Source: Mobula birostris (Eukaryota). Taken from it: 64,000 bases of DNA. Below are positions 12,456 to 24,584 of this stretch, in pieces. Below the pieces are notes generated by a model. The model saw only the letters and a program-made list of their open reading frames with translations. It did not search any database and had not been told where the DNA came from. Position numbers and translations under genes: made by a program. Position 1 is the stretch's first letter; every line of letters starts with the position of its first letter. The stretch lies in NCBI RefSeq assembly GCF_030028105.1, contig NC_092378.1, positions 107,683,731 to 107,747,730 on the forward strand, given 5' to 3'.

Positions 12456-13147
12456 AAAGCAAGCATGCAAGTACAGCAGGCAGTGAAGAAAGCTAATGGC
12501 ATGCTGGCCTTCATAACAAGGGGAATTGAGTATAAGAGCAAAGAGGTCCTCCTGCAGTTGTACAGGGCCCTGGTGAGACCACACCTGGAGTACTGTGTGC
12601 AGTTCTGGTCTCCAAATTTGAGGAAGGACACTCTTGCTATTGAGGGAGTGCAGCGTAGGTTCACAAGGTTAATTCCCGGGATGGCGGGACTGTCATATGT
12701 CGAAAGATTGGAGAGACTGGGCTTGTATACTCTGGAATTTAGAAGGCTGAGAGGGGATCTTATTGAAACATGTAAGATTATTAAGGGATTGGACACGCTG
12801 GAGGCAGGAAGTATATTCCCGCTGATGGGTGAGTCCAGAACCAGAGGCCACAGTTTAAGAATAAGGGGTAGGCCATTTAGAACGGAGTTGAGGAAAAACT
12901 TTTTCACCCAGAGAGTGGTGGATGTATGGAATGCTCTGCCCCAGAAGGCTGTGGAGGCCAAGTCTCTGGATGCTTTCAAGAAAGAGATGGATAGAGCTCT
13001 TAAAGATAGTGGAATCAAAGGTTATGGGGATAAGGCAGGAACTGGATACGGATTGTGGATGATCAGCCATGATCACAGTGAATGGCGGTGCTGGCTCGAA
13101 GGGCCAAATAGCCTCCTCCTGCACCTGTTGTCTATTGTCTATTGTCT
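12456..13147 (+). mobile_element. Young 5'-truncated CR1 LINE insertion
   Basis: Open ORF2 C-terminus (LVRPHLEYCVQFWSP), (ATTGTCT)n tail, likely ATATC target duplication, empty site near 56003. Confidence 0.95.
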
Positions 13148-15769
13148 ATATCCATCTAAACCATCTCTAACAGTGGAACTGTTTAAATGTCTCCTCCACA
13201 GTGTAATTATACATATCTCTACAGCCTGCTCTCCCAGCTCATTTCATATGCCTCCTACTCTGTGTGAAAAAGTTTCTCCTCGGGTGCCTGAGTATAGACT
13301 CTCTTACACTCAGATAAACACTATGACCACCCATTGATTCCCCTCTTGATTTATACACCTCTGTCAAGTCACCCCTCAACTGCCTACACTCCAGAGAAAA
13401 TGTGAAAAGTAGTTCTAGCTCTCCATAAAACTTAATCCTGAAAAAGCATTTTGTTTTCCAAAATAGTTACTAATGCACCTCTAAGTATGCAATCACATAA
13501 TTATAAAAATTCAACATCCAAGTATAAATAGGAGACAAAATCACCATTATTATCTCTTTCAGTATCATTATGGGTAGAGGAATTTGTATTTTCCCATCTG
13601 GAATACCAAAGTTGCAGCATTCAATTGGTTTACATAACTCCAAAACTTCTTGCAATATATTTCTTGAAAGTCCACTCTGAGATACAAATTTTCCTTCTCT
13701 AATCAGAGCAACACATCCTTCTTTCTTAATTCAACCTTGGTCAGCGTTGGTACCTTGCAACATTGAGCTGCAAATCCTGCCCATCCCTCAGCCACAAGAT
13801 TGATATAGGAGCAATTACTCTATTCAACCCTTTAAGTATGCTCCACCATTCAGTGATGGCTATCTTTTGAACTCCATCTTCCACTTCTCCCCATAACCAG
13901 CAAACTCTTTACCAATCAAGCACCTATCAGCTTAAGCCCATCACCCTTACTGAGGCACGGGTCACCATTAGTAACTCATCAGAGTCCTGTGTCCTGGATC
14001 TGTCTTTCAAATTGTCCTCAGGTGTAGCCCACTTTCTAGATGTATCTTTGCCTCCAAGGGATGAGATCATTGGAGCTTCTGCTGGTGTCTCTGCAGCTCT
14101 GGGTTTTTATGGGATGGGTTTAATACCCCTATGCCCGAACCTGCTGTTTTGCAGCTGGGCTTGAGACATTCCATGGCAGAGTTAGAATCTATTAGGTTCT
14201 GCCTTAAATACACCCCATGACTTGGCCTCCTATGCCCCTGTTAGCAACAGGTTCACATCTCTAACACCCTCTGGCTGAAGAAATTCCTCTTCAGCTAATT
14301 TAAAGGGGCTTGTCCTTGGATCCTAGTGTCTCCGACTAATACAAACATCCTCTCCACATCCATTCTATCCAGGCCTTTCAGTGGCTTTGCCCCTTTGATT
14401 TCTGAAATTTCTCCTCTTTTAGAAAATAGTCCTTTGTTCCTCCCTCCAATGTGTATAACCCCATAATCCCTATTCTGTATTCCATCAACCCCTTCTTTTC
14501 CCACTCTCAAACCTGTCCAGGTCAGACCTCCTGCCTCTGTGATATTACCTGTTCCTTCACCTATCAAACTTAACCACAATATCATCAATTCCTTCATCTG
14601 GATTATTATTGCATAAAGTGAAAAGCTACAAATTCAACACTGACTCCCTTTAAAATTCCAAAAGTCACCAGCAGCCTTTGTGAAAAGCACCTCCTTATCC
14701 CCAATCTCTGACTTCTGGGTAATCAACCACTTTTCTATCTATATTAGTACTTTATCTCTTATCTAGTTTCGCACCTTTGTGTGCCAGACCTTGTTACAGA
14801 CTTTCTGAAAATCCAAGCATATGATATCCACTCACTGTCTCTTGTTTCTGGTATGGATACAATATCACAATCCCACATGCAATACCATGCCCTGAGATCA
14901 TCTGCCTACCAGGCTTCTTGCAGTTTAGGTGATAAGACCTACCTAGCTCCTTGTCCTGGCTTGCTGCCTGCATTTGTTCACTTTAACCTCTATATTTACT
15001 TCAGTTTTCTCACTGCATGACCACTTTTGGACCCATATCCTGCTCAACTTGTTCAAACACATCCAAGTAGCTCTCGCAATAATTATTGCAACATGTCCCT
15101 CTTGTACAGGTGACCTCTGCCTTAGACAATATCCCAGTGCTCCAAGACATATCTCAGACCTGCACCAGTTCATCAGCCACACATTCATCAACCCTATCCT
15201 TCTATTCCCACATTCACTAGGACACAGCACATGGAGTTACCCAGAGATTATAACCCTAGATGCTTCTACTTTTTAACCTTCTAACCATCTCTCTCAATTC
15301 CCTCTGCAGAACCCTATAGTTCTGATTCATCTGCAACCATAGTCTCTCTATGCAGTCAGTCAGGAGCTGCAACTGAACGCACCTCCCACAGGTATAATCA
15401 CCAGGAACCCTGGAGTTTCCCTGAACGGATAGATCGCTATCCTGACTGCAATCTCTAAACCACTAAGACTACGGAGGGACAGATAAAAATCCCACCTCAT
15501 CGTACCTCACCAACATTTAGCCTCTTTGCCCAAGTTTCACATTTATTATGAAAAATATCCTAGAAATTCCTTTCCTGCATTTTCATGGACAAAGCTAGTA
15601 ATCTATGTCTCTCTAGTGCTATTTAAATCAAGTAGTCATAGGCGCAATATCTATTGTGTCCCACTGTAAATCGTGCTGGTGACTCTCTAGAGTTGTAGCA
15701 TGCTGTTTCAGCTTCAGAATGAGCACATGAACAGAGATCCATCAATGTCACAGGGCTACCCTGTCTTCA

Positions 15770-16670
15770 GCACACAACCTGACTTCCTAACCAACAGAGC
15801 ACACTCAGTAAGGGTAGGTAGCATTAGCTCCATCTTCATTATCCTGAACACTGGTGCCTCACAAGGCTTCATCAGTAGTAGCCTACTCTACTCTCTGTAC
15901 ACTCACAACTGTGTGGTCAGGTTCTGCTCGAACTCCATCTACAAGTTTACAGATGATACCAGCACAGTGAGCCGAATCTCAAATAACAAAAAGCTGAGTA
16001 AAGTAAAAGTCTAGTAACATGCTGTCACGACAACAATCTTTCCCTCAATGTCAGTGAAACAAAAGAGTTGGTCTTTGACTTCACGAGGGTGGGTGGTGCA
16101 CACACACCTGATTACATCAACAGTGTTGAGATCAAGTAGATTGAGAGCTTCAAGTTCCCAGGAGTGAATATCACCAACAGCTGCTTAGTTCAACCATGTC
16201 AACATCAAGACCAAGAAACCTCAGTTTATTCTGGAGGCTAAAGAAATTTGGCACGTCCATCTGACCATCAATAGTTTTTATCAATGCATCATAGAATGCA
16301 TCCTATCCAGATACATCACAGGTTGGTATGGCAACTGCTGTCCCCATAATCAGCAGAAAATACAGACATTCTCTCTCCTCCACCATCCCATACTACTAGG
16401 CTCAGAACAGCTTTGTTCTGTTGTTATATGCACATGGAAGGTAACGTAGTAGGATGATCCCTTGACATCAAAATCTATCTCACTGTGGCCTTGCACCTTA
16501 TTGTCTGTTTGCATTGCACTTTCTTGGTAAAAGGAACGCTTTATTCTGCATTCTGTTATTGTTTTACCATGTCCCACCTCAATGCACTGTTGTAATGAAA
16601 TGGATGGCATGCAAGACACATTCTTCCACTCTATCTCAGTACTTCTGACAACAATAAACTGACTTACTAA
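15770..16670 (+). mobile_element. Rex1/Babar-like non-LTR RT remnant
   Basis: NTGASQG...LLYSLYT...YKFTDDT. Paralogous pieces at 54600-55370 and 58450-58885. Confidence 0.7.
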
Positions 16671-18104
16671 TTTAGCAACAAGTTCCTTGTGTTTTGGCTT
16701 TTAAAGGGACAAAACAGAAGCGGAGCAGGTGCAGTAGTGAGTGTGGACTTCTTTGTGCAACTCTGGCTGTGGTGGTAGGAGAGGACAGGGTGCATGGACA
16801 ACTGACAGGGGAACATTCAAGCGACCTGATGTGCAAAGTGGATGATGTCGAGTTTCTTAAGTGCTGATGGGGATGCCCTTATTCAGGCAATTGGGAGTAT
16901 TCCATTAGATTGCAGAATAGTACTATTGGAAGTTGGGTAGTTTCTACTGTGGTATAGATGAGTGCCTTGTCATTGCATAGCGAGAGTCTGACCAGCTCAT
17001 ATATCTAAAGTAGATCTGCTCCTGATCCAGTTCAGTACTTGGTCAGCTGAGACTCCCAGGATGTTAACCGTCAGAGTCTTTGTATTACTAATGATTTTGA
17101 ATACAAGGACAAAAGCCTACATGACATCTTGTTGGAGATCCTTTGTATCTGGTACTTTGGTGATGTGAATGTTACCGGCTACTTATGGCAGAATGAAGTG
17201 TAGGGCTTGTATCAAGGCATGGGCTACTTCATTTACTGAGTAGAAAATGTATTTGAACATTGTACTATCAGTGGTGAGCACCCTCACATCTGACAATCAA
17301 AAACACTTGCAAATGTTGGAATTGTCACAAACAGAACGCTGGAATTACTCAACATATCAGTTTTTACCTGTGGGTGAGAAAGAAGAAATTTCACAGATGT
17401 GACCTGACTTCCTGAGTATTTCCAACATTCTCCAAAGTAAATTGGTAAATTAGCATATTGGTTTACTATTGACGTATGATTTTACCGACATCTGATATCC
17501 TGACCAGTCCTTTGAAACTTTGCACACACACACAAAGATCAAAACTGTGTGCAATAACATAGCTGTTATTTCACCAAGGCTTTAGAACATAGAACAGTAT
17601 AAGACCAGAAAAATCCCTTCAGCCACACTAAATAGCGATATCTCATATCTCAAATAGCGATGCCTGCACATGATCCATATCTCTCGTTCTCTGTACATTT
17701 TATGTGTCTTTCTGGAAACCTCTTCAACACCTCTATCATACCTACCTCCACTACCACCCATAGTAACACAGCAACCACACCCACTACTCTGTTAAAAAAA
17801 ACTTATCCCATATATTTCATTTGAACTTCCCCCTCTTACCATAAATGCAGCCCTCCAGTAGTGGGCATTTCATCCCTGGGCAAAAAGTCTTTGGCTGTCT
17901 CCTCTATCGATGCATCTCATAATTTTATAAATTTCTGTCAGGTCACCCCTCTCTCACTCTAGTGAAAACAACTCTGTCCACTGCCTTTATAGCACATTCT
18001 TTCCAATCCAGCCAGCACACTGGTAAACCTGTTCTGAACCCTCTCCATGGTCCTCACATCCTTCCAATGATGAGTGACCAGAATTAAATACAACACTCCA
18101 GCAA

Positions 18105-18450
18105 TAATCGGCAAAGTGAAGTGTAAGAGTTGTCTTCAATTAACAAGGAGAGAGTTCAACAGTTTGATTATGAATGTATTAAATTAATGTTCAAGAAATT
18201 GGAGAATGATTCTGTGCATTGGATAGGCAGAGTAAAGTTCAAACAAGTGATTGTTCTGCAAGTGTTTATCTTAACACTCAAACACAGAAGGTTTGCTGCC
18301 CAACTTTGGAAAGTGCGTCCAGCCCACCAAGTAGTCAGCCTATTACAGCTGCGTGTAAGTCTGAGATGAGCCCTATAAAAGTTGAGTCAAAACTCCAGAT
18401 CAACACAGCTTTCTTGTGTAAGCAGTGACAGTGAGAGCTTAACAACCAAA
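18105..18450 (+). promoter_or_regulatory. beta1 promoter and 5'UTR
   Basis: TATAAAA 18374-18380, GATA site TTATCT 18266-18271. Alignable to the beta2 upstream region. Confidence 0.75.
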
Positions 18451-20492
18451 ATGGTGAAATTAACAGAAGCTCAGAAACAATACATCACGAACAAATGGGA
18501 CCATTTGGATAAGAAAACGATAACTGCCCAAGCCTTGGCAAGGTATGACGAAAATGTATTTTTTGTTTTACATTTATGTCACGCCCTGTATTTTCAACAA
18601 TGGTTCCAGTGCAAATTTTTAATTTTTCTATGCTGTCTAGGGTGTTATAGGGTGAGGGAACTAGTATTCAACACTGTGCTGAGGTTCTAGTCAAACCCGC
18701 TTGAAGTCAACTATGCTTGAGAAAAATTTCCTCAATGATGAGATTTGAGAAATACTTAAGTTTAAGGGGATCACAAAATAAACTGGACACTTGGTCTTTT
18801 TTTCTTTCTAGGGTATTCGCAGTCTATCCTTGGACAACCAGGCTGTTTGAAAATTTCAATGGCCATTTTGCAGCCTGTGACCGTGGAGTTCAGGCTCATG
18901 CAGACAAAGTGCTAAAGGCTTTAAACTCTGCAATTAAAGATTTGAACAGTATTGAAACCAATTTCTATGAACTCAGCAGTAAACATCAAACAATTGGAGT
19001 GGACACTCAAAACTTCAAGGTACAAATTAATCTTTTTATGATGTGCTGACTTTCACTAAAGGGGTGCTAGAAATATTTCCTAATTACAGAGTCATAATAA
19101 ACATGGCAACCAGCAACATGGACTTAACTGCAAGAAAAAGGAGGAGACCTGGTTGCTGTGGAAAAGCTTGCCCTTTAGTTTTCCTCATGAATTAGATCCG
19201 GATAGCAGGATAGGTTAAAAAGTTTAATAACTTTAATGAAAGCTATTTACACTGGATGCTCTCTCAACGATTCATGCACTAGATTAGACAGAATTGCACA
19301 GGGACACAAGTTGATTTCAAGTTCCTTTTATTTAATATCTGACAGATGCAGATTTTTTTCTACTTCCCTGCTCCAGAGACAGATATAATCCTCACATCGG
19401 GTGTTGTCTGCAGTGAGTTTTCTCCAGTTTGCTGTGCTTTAAATTAATTAGATTAGATTATGAGGACACTCAGTCCTCGTTTAGAAATGCATGCATTAAA
19501 AAATGATACAATGTTCCTCCAGAATGATATCACAAGAAACACAGGACAAACCAAGACTAAAACTGACAAAGCCACATAATTATAACATATAGTTACAAAA
19601 GTGCAAAGCAATACCATAATTTGATAAAGAGCAGACCGTGGGCACGGTAAAAAAAAAGTCTCAAAGTCCCGATAGCCTCATCATCTCACGCAGACAGTAG
19701 AAGAGAGAAACTCTCCCTGCCATGAACCTCCAAGCGCCGCAAACTTGCCGATGCAGCACCATTGGAAGCATCCGACCGTAGTGGACTCCGAGTCCGTCCG
19801 AAAACTTTGAGCCTCCGACCAGCCTTCTGACACAGCCTTCTGAGCAGCATCCTCTGCCAAGCGCTTCGACCCTGTCCCAGCCGCCGAGCAACAAGCAAAG
19901 CGGAGGACTCGGGGCCTTCCCCTCCGGAGATTCTGGATCACACAGTAGCAGCGGCAGTGAAGCAGGCATTTCAGAAGTTTCACCAGATGTTCCTCTGTGC
20001 TCTCACGTCCGTTTGCATCAAATCAGGATTGTGCATGGCACCCTACTTGACAAATAACAGACATCACTACCGGAGTGGCCGCTGCGAGCTGCGCCGTGCT
20101 GCCATCTTCCCTTCCTCCTTCTATTGTTAGCTATTGTTTTGTAAAAAGAGTCAGAAGGGCTTTGATGGGCACAAGAGACTGGGATATGTTGTCGGGTACA
20201 GGGAAAAAGGTGGGGCCTAACGTATTTGCACCACTGGGAATTAACACTGACCCAGAGGACACAATGGTCTCCTTCTGGGCTGTCCTGTATGAAGTCATTA
20301 GTGGTTTCAGTTTTGCTTTCCAGCTTTGTTTCAATGTTGCATAATTATCGTTTTTCTTCACAGCTTCTCAGCCAGGCCTTCATTGTTGAACTCGCTCTTC
20401 ATGATAAAAACAGATTCGGACCAGAGGAACATGAAGCTGCCTACAAGTTCTTTAAACTGGTGACAGAAGCTCTCTCCAGCAACTACCATTAA
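18451..20492 (+). CDS. hbb: Haemoglobin beta chain, copy 1 (3 exons: 18451-18542, 18812-19019, 20364-20492; 142 codons incl. Met)
   Basis: [46 protein letters not shown]...QAHADKV...[28 protein letters not shown]...ALSSNYH*. YPWT motif, C-terminal YH, GT-AG introns. TATAAAA at 18374-18380, AATAAA at 20693-20698. Confidence 0.97.
19452..20126 (-). mobile_element. Young non-autonomous retroelement in beta1 intron 2
   Basis: Absent from beta2 intron 2. TTAG flanking duplication, (TAATC)n tail on the minus strand, CpG-rich head. Confidence 0.8.
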
Positions 20493-20826
20493 ATCTAGAA
20501 CCTGCATCCTCCACCACCTTCAGAAATGCAATGAAAACATGTATTATCAGCATCTACAATGTGTGTTTTGCTTAAAGGACCTGTGTAGCATCAGGTTCAA
20601 GTCATGCTAATGTAAAGGTGGCACAATACTCCTCTTTGTATGGTCATTTTCTTCAACACTTGGAAAATGTCTGTAAGCATTCCTTTTGCTTCAATAAAGA
20701 AATAATATTTCTCTCATAATTAGGGGTAAATTATTCATTTCTGGAGAATGAAATTTAAAAGATCTGTGATTTGGTAAATGTTGAGATGAACAATGATTTG
20801 GTGTTAAAAACAGACATTGTGCTGTA

Positions 20827-22630
20827 TGTAGGTCCCCTGCAGACAGAAACAGGTGAATTGATTATGGGGAGCAAGGACATGGCAGACCAATTGAATAATT
20901 ACTTTGGTTCTGTCTTCACTAAGGAGGACATAAATAATCTTCCAGAAATAGTAGGGGACAGAGGGTCCAGTGAGATGGAGGAACTGAGCGAAATACATGT
21001 TAGTAGGGAAGTGGTGTTAGGTAAATTGAAGGGATTGAAGGCAGATAAATCCCCAGGGCCAGATGGTCTGCATCCCAGGGTGCTTAAGGAAGTAGCCCAA
21101 GAAATAGTGGATGCATTAGTGATAACTTTTCAAAACTCGCTAGATTCTGGACTAGTTCCTGAGGATTGGAGGGTGGCTAATGTAACTCCACTTTTTAAAA
21201 AAGGAGGGAGAGAGAAACCGGGGAATTATTGACCGGTTAGCCTAACGTCGGTGGTGGGGAAACTGCTGGAGTCAGTTATCAAGGATGTGATAAAAGCACA
21301 TTTGGAAAGCGGTGAAATGATCGGATAAGTTCAGCATGGATTTGTGAAAGGAAAATCATGTCTGACGAATCTCATAGAATTTTTTGAGGATGTAACTAGC
21401 AGAGTGGATAGGGGAGAACCAGTGGATGTGGTATATTTGGATTTTCAGAAGGCTTTTGACAAGGTCCCACACAGGAGATTAGTGTGCAAACTTAAAGCAC
21501 ACGGTATTGGGGGTAAGGTATTGGTGTGGGTGGAGAATTGGTTAGCAGACAGGAAGCAAAGAGTGGGAATAAACGGGACCTTTTCAGAATGGCAGGCGGT
21601 GACTAGTGGGGTACCGCAAGGCTCAGTGCTGGGACCCCAGTTGTTTACAATATATATTAATGACTTGGATGAGGGAATTAAATGCAGCATCTCCAAGTTT
21701 GCGGATGACACGAAGCTGGGTGGCAGTGTTAGCTGTGAGGAGGATGCTAAGAGGATGCAGGGTGACTTGGATAGGTTGGGTGAGTGGGCAAATTCATGGC
21801 AGATGCAATTTAATGTGGATAAATGTGAAGTTATCCACTTTGGTGGCAAAAATAGGAAAACAGATTATTATCTGAATGGTGGCCGATTAGGAAAAGGGGA
21901 GGTGAAACGAGACCTGGGTGTCATTATACACCAGTCATTGAAAGTGGGCATGCAGGTACAGCAGGCGGTGAAAAAGGCGAATGGTATGCTGGCATTTATA
22001 GCGAGAGGATTCGAGTACAGGAGCAGGGAGGTACTACTGAAGTTGTACAAGGCCTTGGTGAGACCACACCTGGAGTATTGTGTGCAGTTTTGGTCCCCTA
22101 ATCTGAGGAAAGACATCCTTGCCATAGAAGGAGTACAAAGAATGTTCACCAGATTGATTCCTGGGATGGCAGGACTTTCATATGAAGAAAGACTGGATGA
22201 ACTGGGCTTGTACTCGTTGGAATTTAGAAGATTGAGGGGGGATCTGATTGAAACGTTTAAGATCCTAAAGGGATTGGACAGGCTAGATGCAGGAAGATTG
22301 TTCCCGATGTTGGGGAAGTCCAGAATGAGGGGTCACAGTTTGAGGATAAAGGGGAAGCCTTTTAGGACCAAGATTAGGAAAAACTTCTTCACACAGAGAG
22401 TGGTGAATCTGTGGAATTCTCTGCCACAGGAAACAGTTGAGGCCAGTTCATTGGCTATATTTAAGAGGGAGTTAGATATGGCCCCTGTGGCTACAGGGGT
22501 CAGGGGGTATGGAGGGAAGGCTGGGGCGGGGTTCTGAGTTGGATGATCAGCCATGATCATAATAAATGGCGGTGCAGGCTCGAAGGGCCAAATGGCCTAC
22601 TCCTGCACCTATTTTCTATGTTTCTATGTT
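20827..22630 (+). mobile_element. Young 5'-truncated CR1 LINE (RT domain), two in-frame stops
   Basis: KSPGPDG, DFQKAFD, GVPQGSVLGP, FADD motifs. ORF ends at 22537. (TTTCTATG)n tail. Empty site near 63563. Confidence 0.97.
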
Positions 22631-23929
22631 AAGATCTTTCACTGTCCCAGGACAGGTCAAAGCATTTTTCATCTGCTGAAGTAGTTTAGAAATAACAACT
22701 GCGGTAATTTGGGGAAAAGCAGCAGCTAATTTCTCACATATTTCTCACATTTCATAACAAGGTATTAGGCCATTCAGAACAATTACAAAACTATTAAATT
22801 TTCTGTACCCATCCTCCCACACAAGTCCATTTACACTTCCCTGATTCTTCCACCGCCATCCAATATTTGTCCATTTTTGTACCATATAGTTTGGATTCAT
22901 TGTAAATGATTGCCCAGAAGAAGCAATGAATTATTTATCAGCGAGCCACCTTTAAAAGAGGTTTGATGACTGGGGTAACATCCACACTTTTCTTAAATAA
23001 CTGGTCCACAATGTCGATTTAAACTTATCCCACCTCCCTGAACATGCTTTATATCTTCCCATTCGCTGCCTGTTCAAATACCTGTCTAAATGCCCTTTTG
23101 ACTTTGCTGTGGTATCTGCTTCTGCTGCTTCCCCTGACAACTCACACAAGGCACCCATCACTCTCTCTTATGTACCCTCTACAGCACGAGAGCAGGACCT
23201 TTGGTCCACAATGACGATTCTCACTATGATGCTGATTTATACTAAATCTATCTCATTATACATAATTTCTCCTCATTCCCTCTCTGTTCAAATACCTGTC
23301 TAAATGCCTCTACAACTTTGTTACTACATCGTCTTCCACTACCACCCCTGTTAGCACACACTAGACATCTACCATTCACTATAAAAACACCCTACCTTGC
23401 AAATCTGCTTAAAGCTATCACTTTCTCATGTTAAAGCTAGGCTCCCTAGTATTTGACATTTCTATCCTGGGCTTTGCACTTTCTCTATCCACTCTATCTG
23501 TGAATCTTCAGTTTTATCTACTTCTCTGGTCACACTCAGGCTCCAACAAGTTCTTCCAACTTCTCCATTTATCCACTTCCTGCCAACAGCGTGGTGAACC
23601 TCTTCTGCATCCTCTTCAAAGCTTCAATAGCTTCCAGTGCAGTGACCAGAATTCCAAATGTGACCTAAAGACTTCACATCAGTTTGAACAGTGTCTGTGA
23701 TCTGATTACACATTCATCCTTTCATGATCAGTCCCCCCTGCACTCTCTCTCATTTCCAAGCCATCACTGGCACACAGTCCACTTCTCATTCAGTTTGACA
23801 TTCCATCATAGTTTCACCCATTCCTCATCACACAATTACAAACAGAATGACCAGCATTTTCCATGAATGCCTGGCAATTCCACTGCTGATAGATTTGCCT
23901 GAGTAGCACAGCATCCATTGAATCCACTC

Positions 23930-24462
23930 ATGCCCTGTTTACAGGAGAAGAGTGAGGATTAGTGGAGGACACCTGGGAGAAATCTCACCTCTTCCCAGTG
24001 GTCAAGGAAGGTTTGGAGATGAGCAGCATTTTATCCCCAGCAGAGAAGAAGACATGTGACTCAGGGGTAATATCTCCGACAAGACAAAGTCACTTTAGTC
24101 AAAGTTGATTAGCCCATTGGCTCAGCGCTTCCCACCATCTGCAAAGAGTCACTTCTTCAAACTCTCTCAAAATCATTGAAGGGAAAGATTTAAGAGTCTC
24201 GGTAAAACCTATTAGACTGACGATTCAACAAAAAGACACAAGCAGAGAACGGCAACACAGATTCTTCTTGCGGAGAGTCCGTGTCAGAGGGCTCCATTCT
24301 CCCAGACCTGTGCAGGTGGATGGGTGAAGGAGCAGGTGGGGGAATATACCTTGAATTGAAATGTGAAATGGTCTGAGTGTTTCTTTCCATCTCACAAGCT
24401 GTATCATTGAGAAGGTGTTCTCTTCTGCCGAAACCACTGATATCTACATTAATAGATATCAC
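23930..24462 (+). pseudogene. Decayed beta-type globin pseudogene (exon 1-like 23930-24019; exon 2-like ~24126-24335; doubtful exon 3 remnant ~24391-24462)
   Basis: ATG at 23930, then after a 1-nt slip FTGEE*GLVEDTWEKSHLFPVVKEGLE, in exact register with beta exon 1 (T5, W16, L29), ending at a damaged donor. A ~210-nt block follows with PSAKSHF, KSLGK and SE-LHS...VD-like pieces and ends at AG/GTGGG. Confidence 0.6.
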
Positions 24463-24584
24463 CTCACATTGTCACAGATCACAAGATCCTGATTTCAGAG
24501 TTCCATGTGATTAAGCCAGTGCTTCATATGTGCAAAGAAGTGCTTTGGTTTTAAGACCATTTTTAATATACTTTAGTATATGTC

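Larger units (their letters stand above)
270..23010 (+). repeat. Segmental duplication unit A (alpha1-beta1)
   Basis: Colinear homology to ~30930-63960 in non-coding blocks (860-975 vs 31530-31647; 4200-5580 vs 34345-35870; 5575-6560 vs 37370-38340; 7050-8760 vs 38390-40130; 22630-23000 vs 63565-63960). Boundaries approximate and the unit may extend beyond the window. Confidence 0.9.

Noticed and set aside
12444-13337. 297-aa ORF as a protein-coding gene
   Set aside because: CR1 C-terminus reading through its 3'UTR into flanking DNA, with no real start.
21344-22537. 397-aa reverse transcriptase ORF as a host gene or novel RT system
   Set aside because: It is a standard 5'-truncated CR1 ORF2 with upstream in-frame stops, a CR1 tail and an empty paralogous site.
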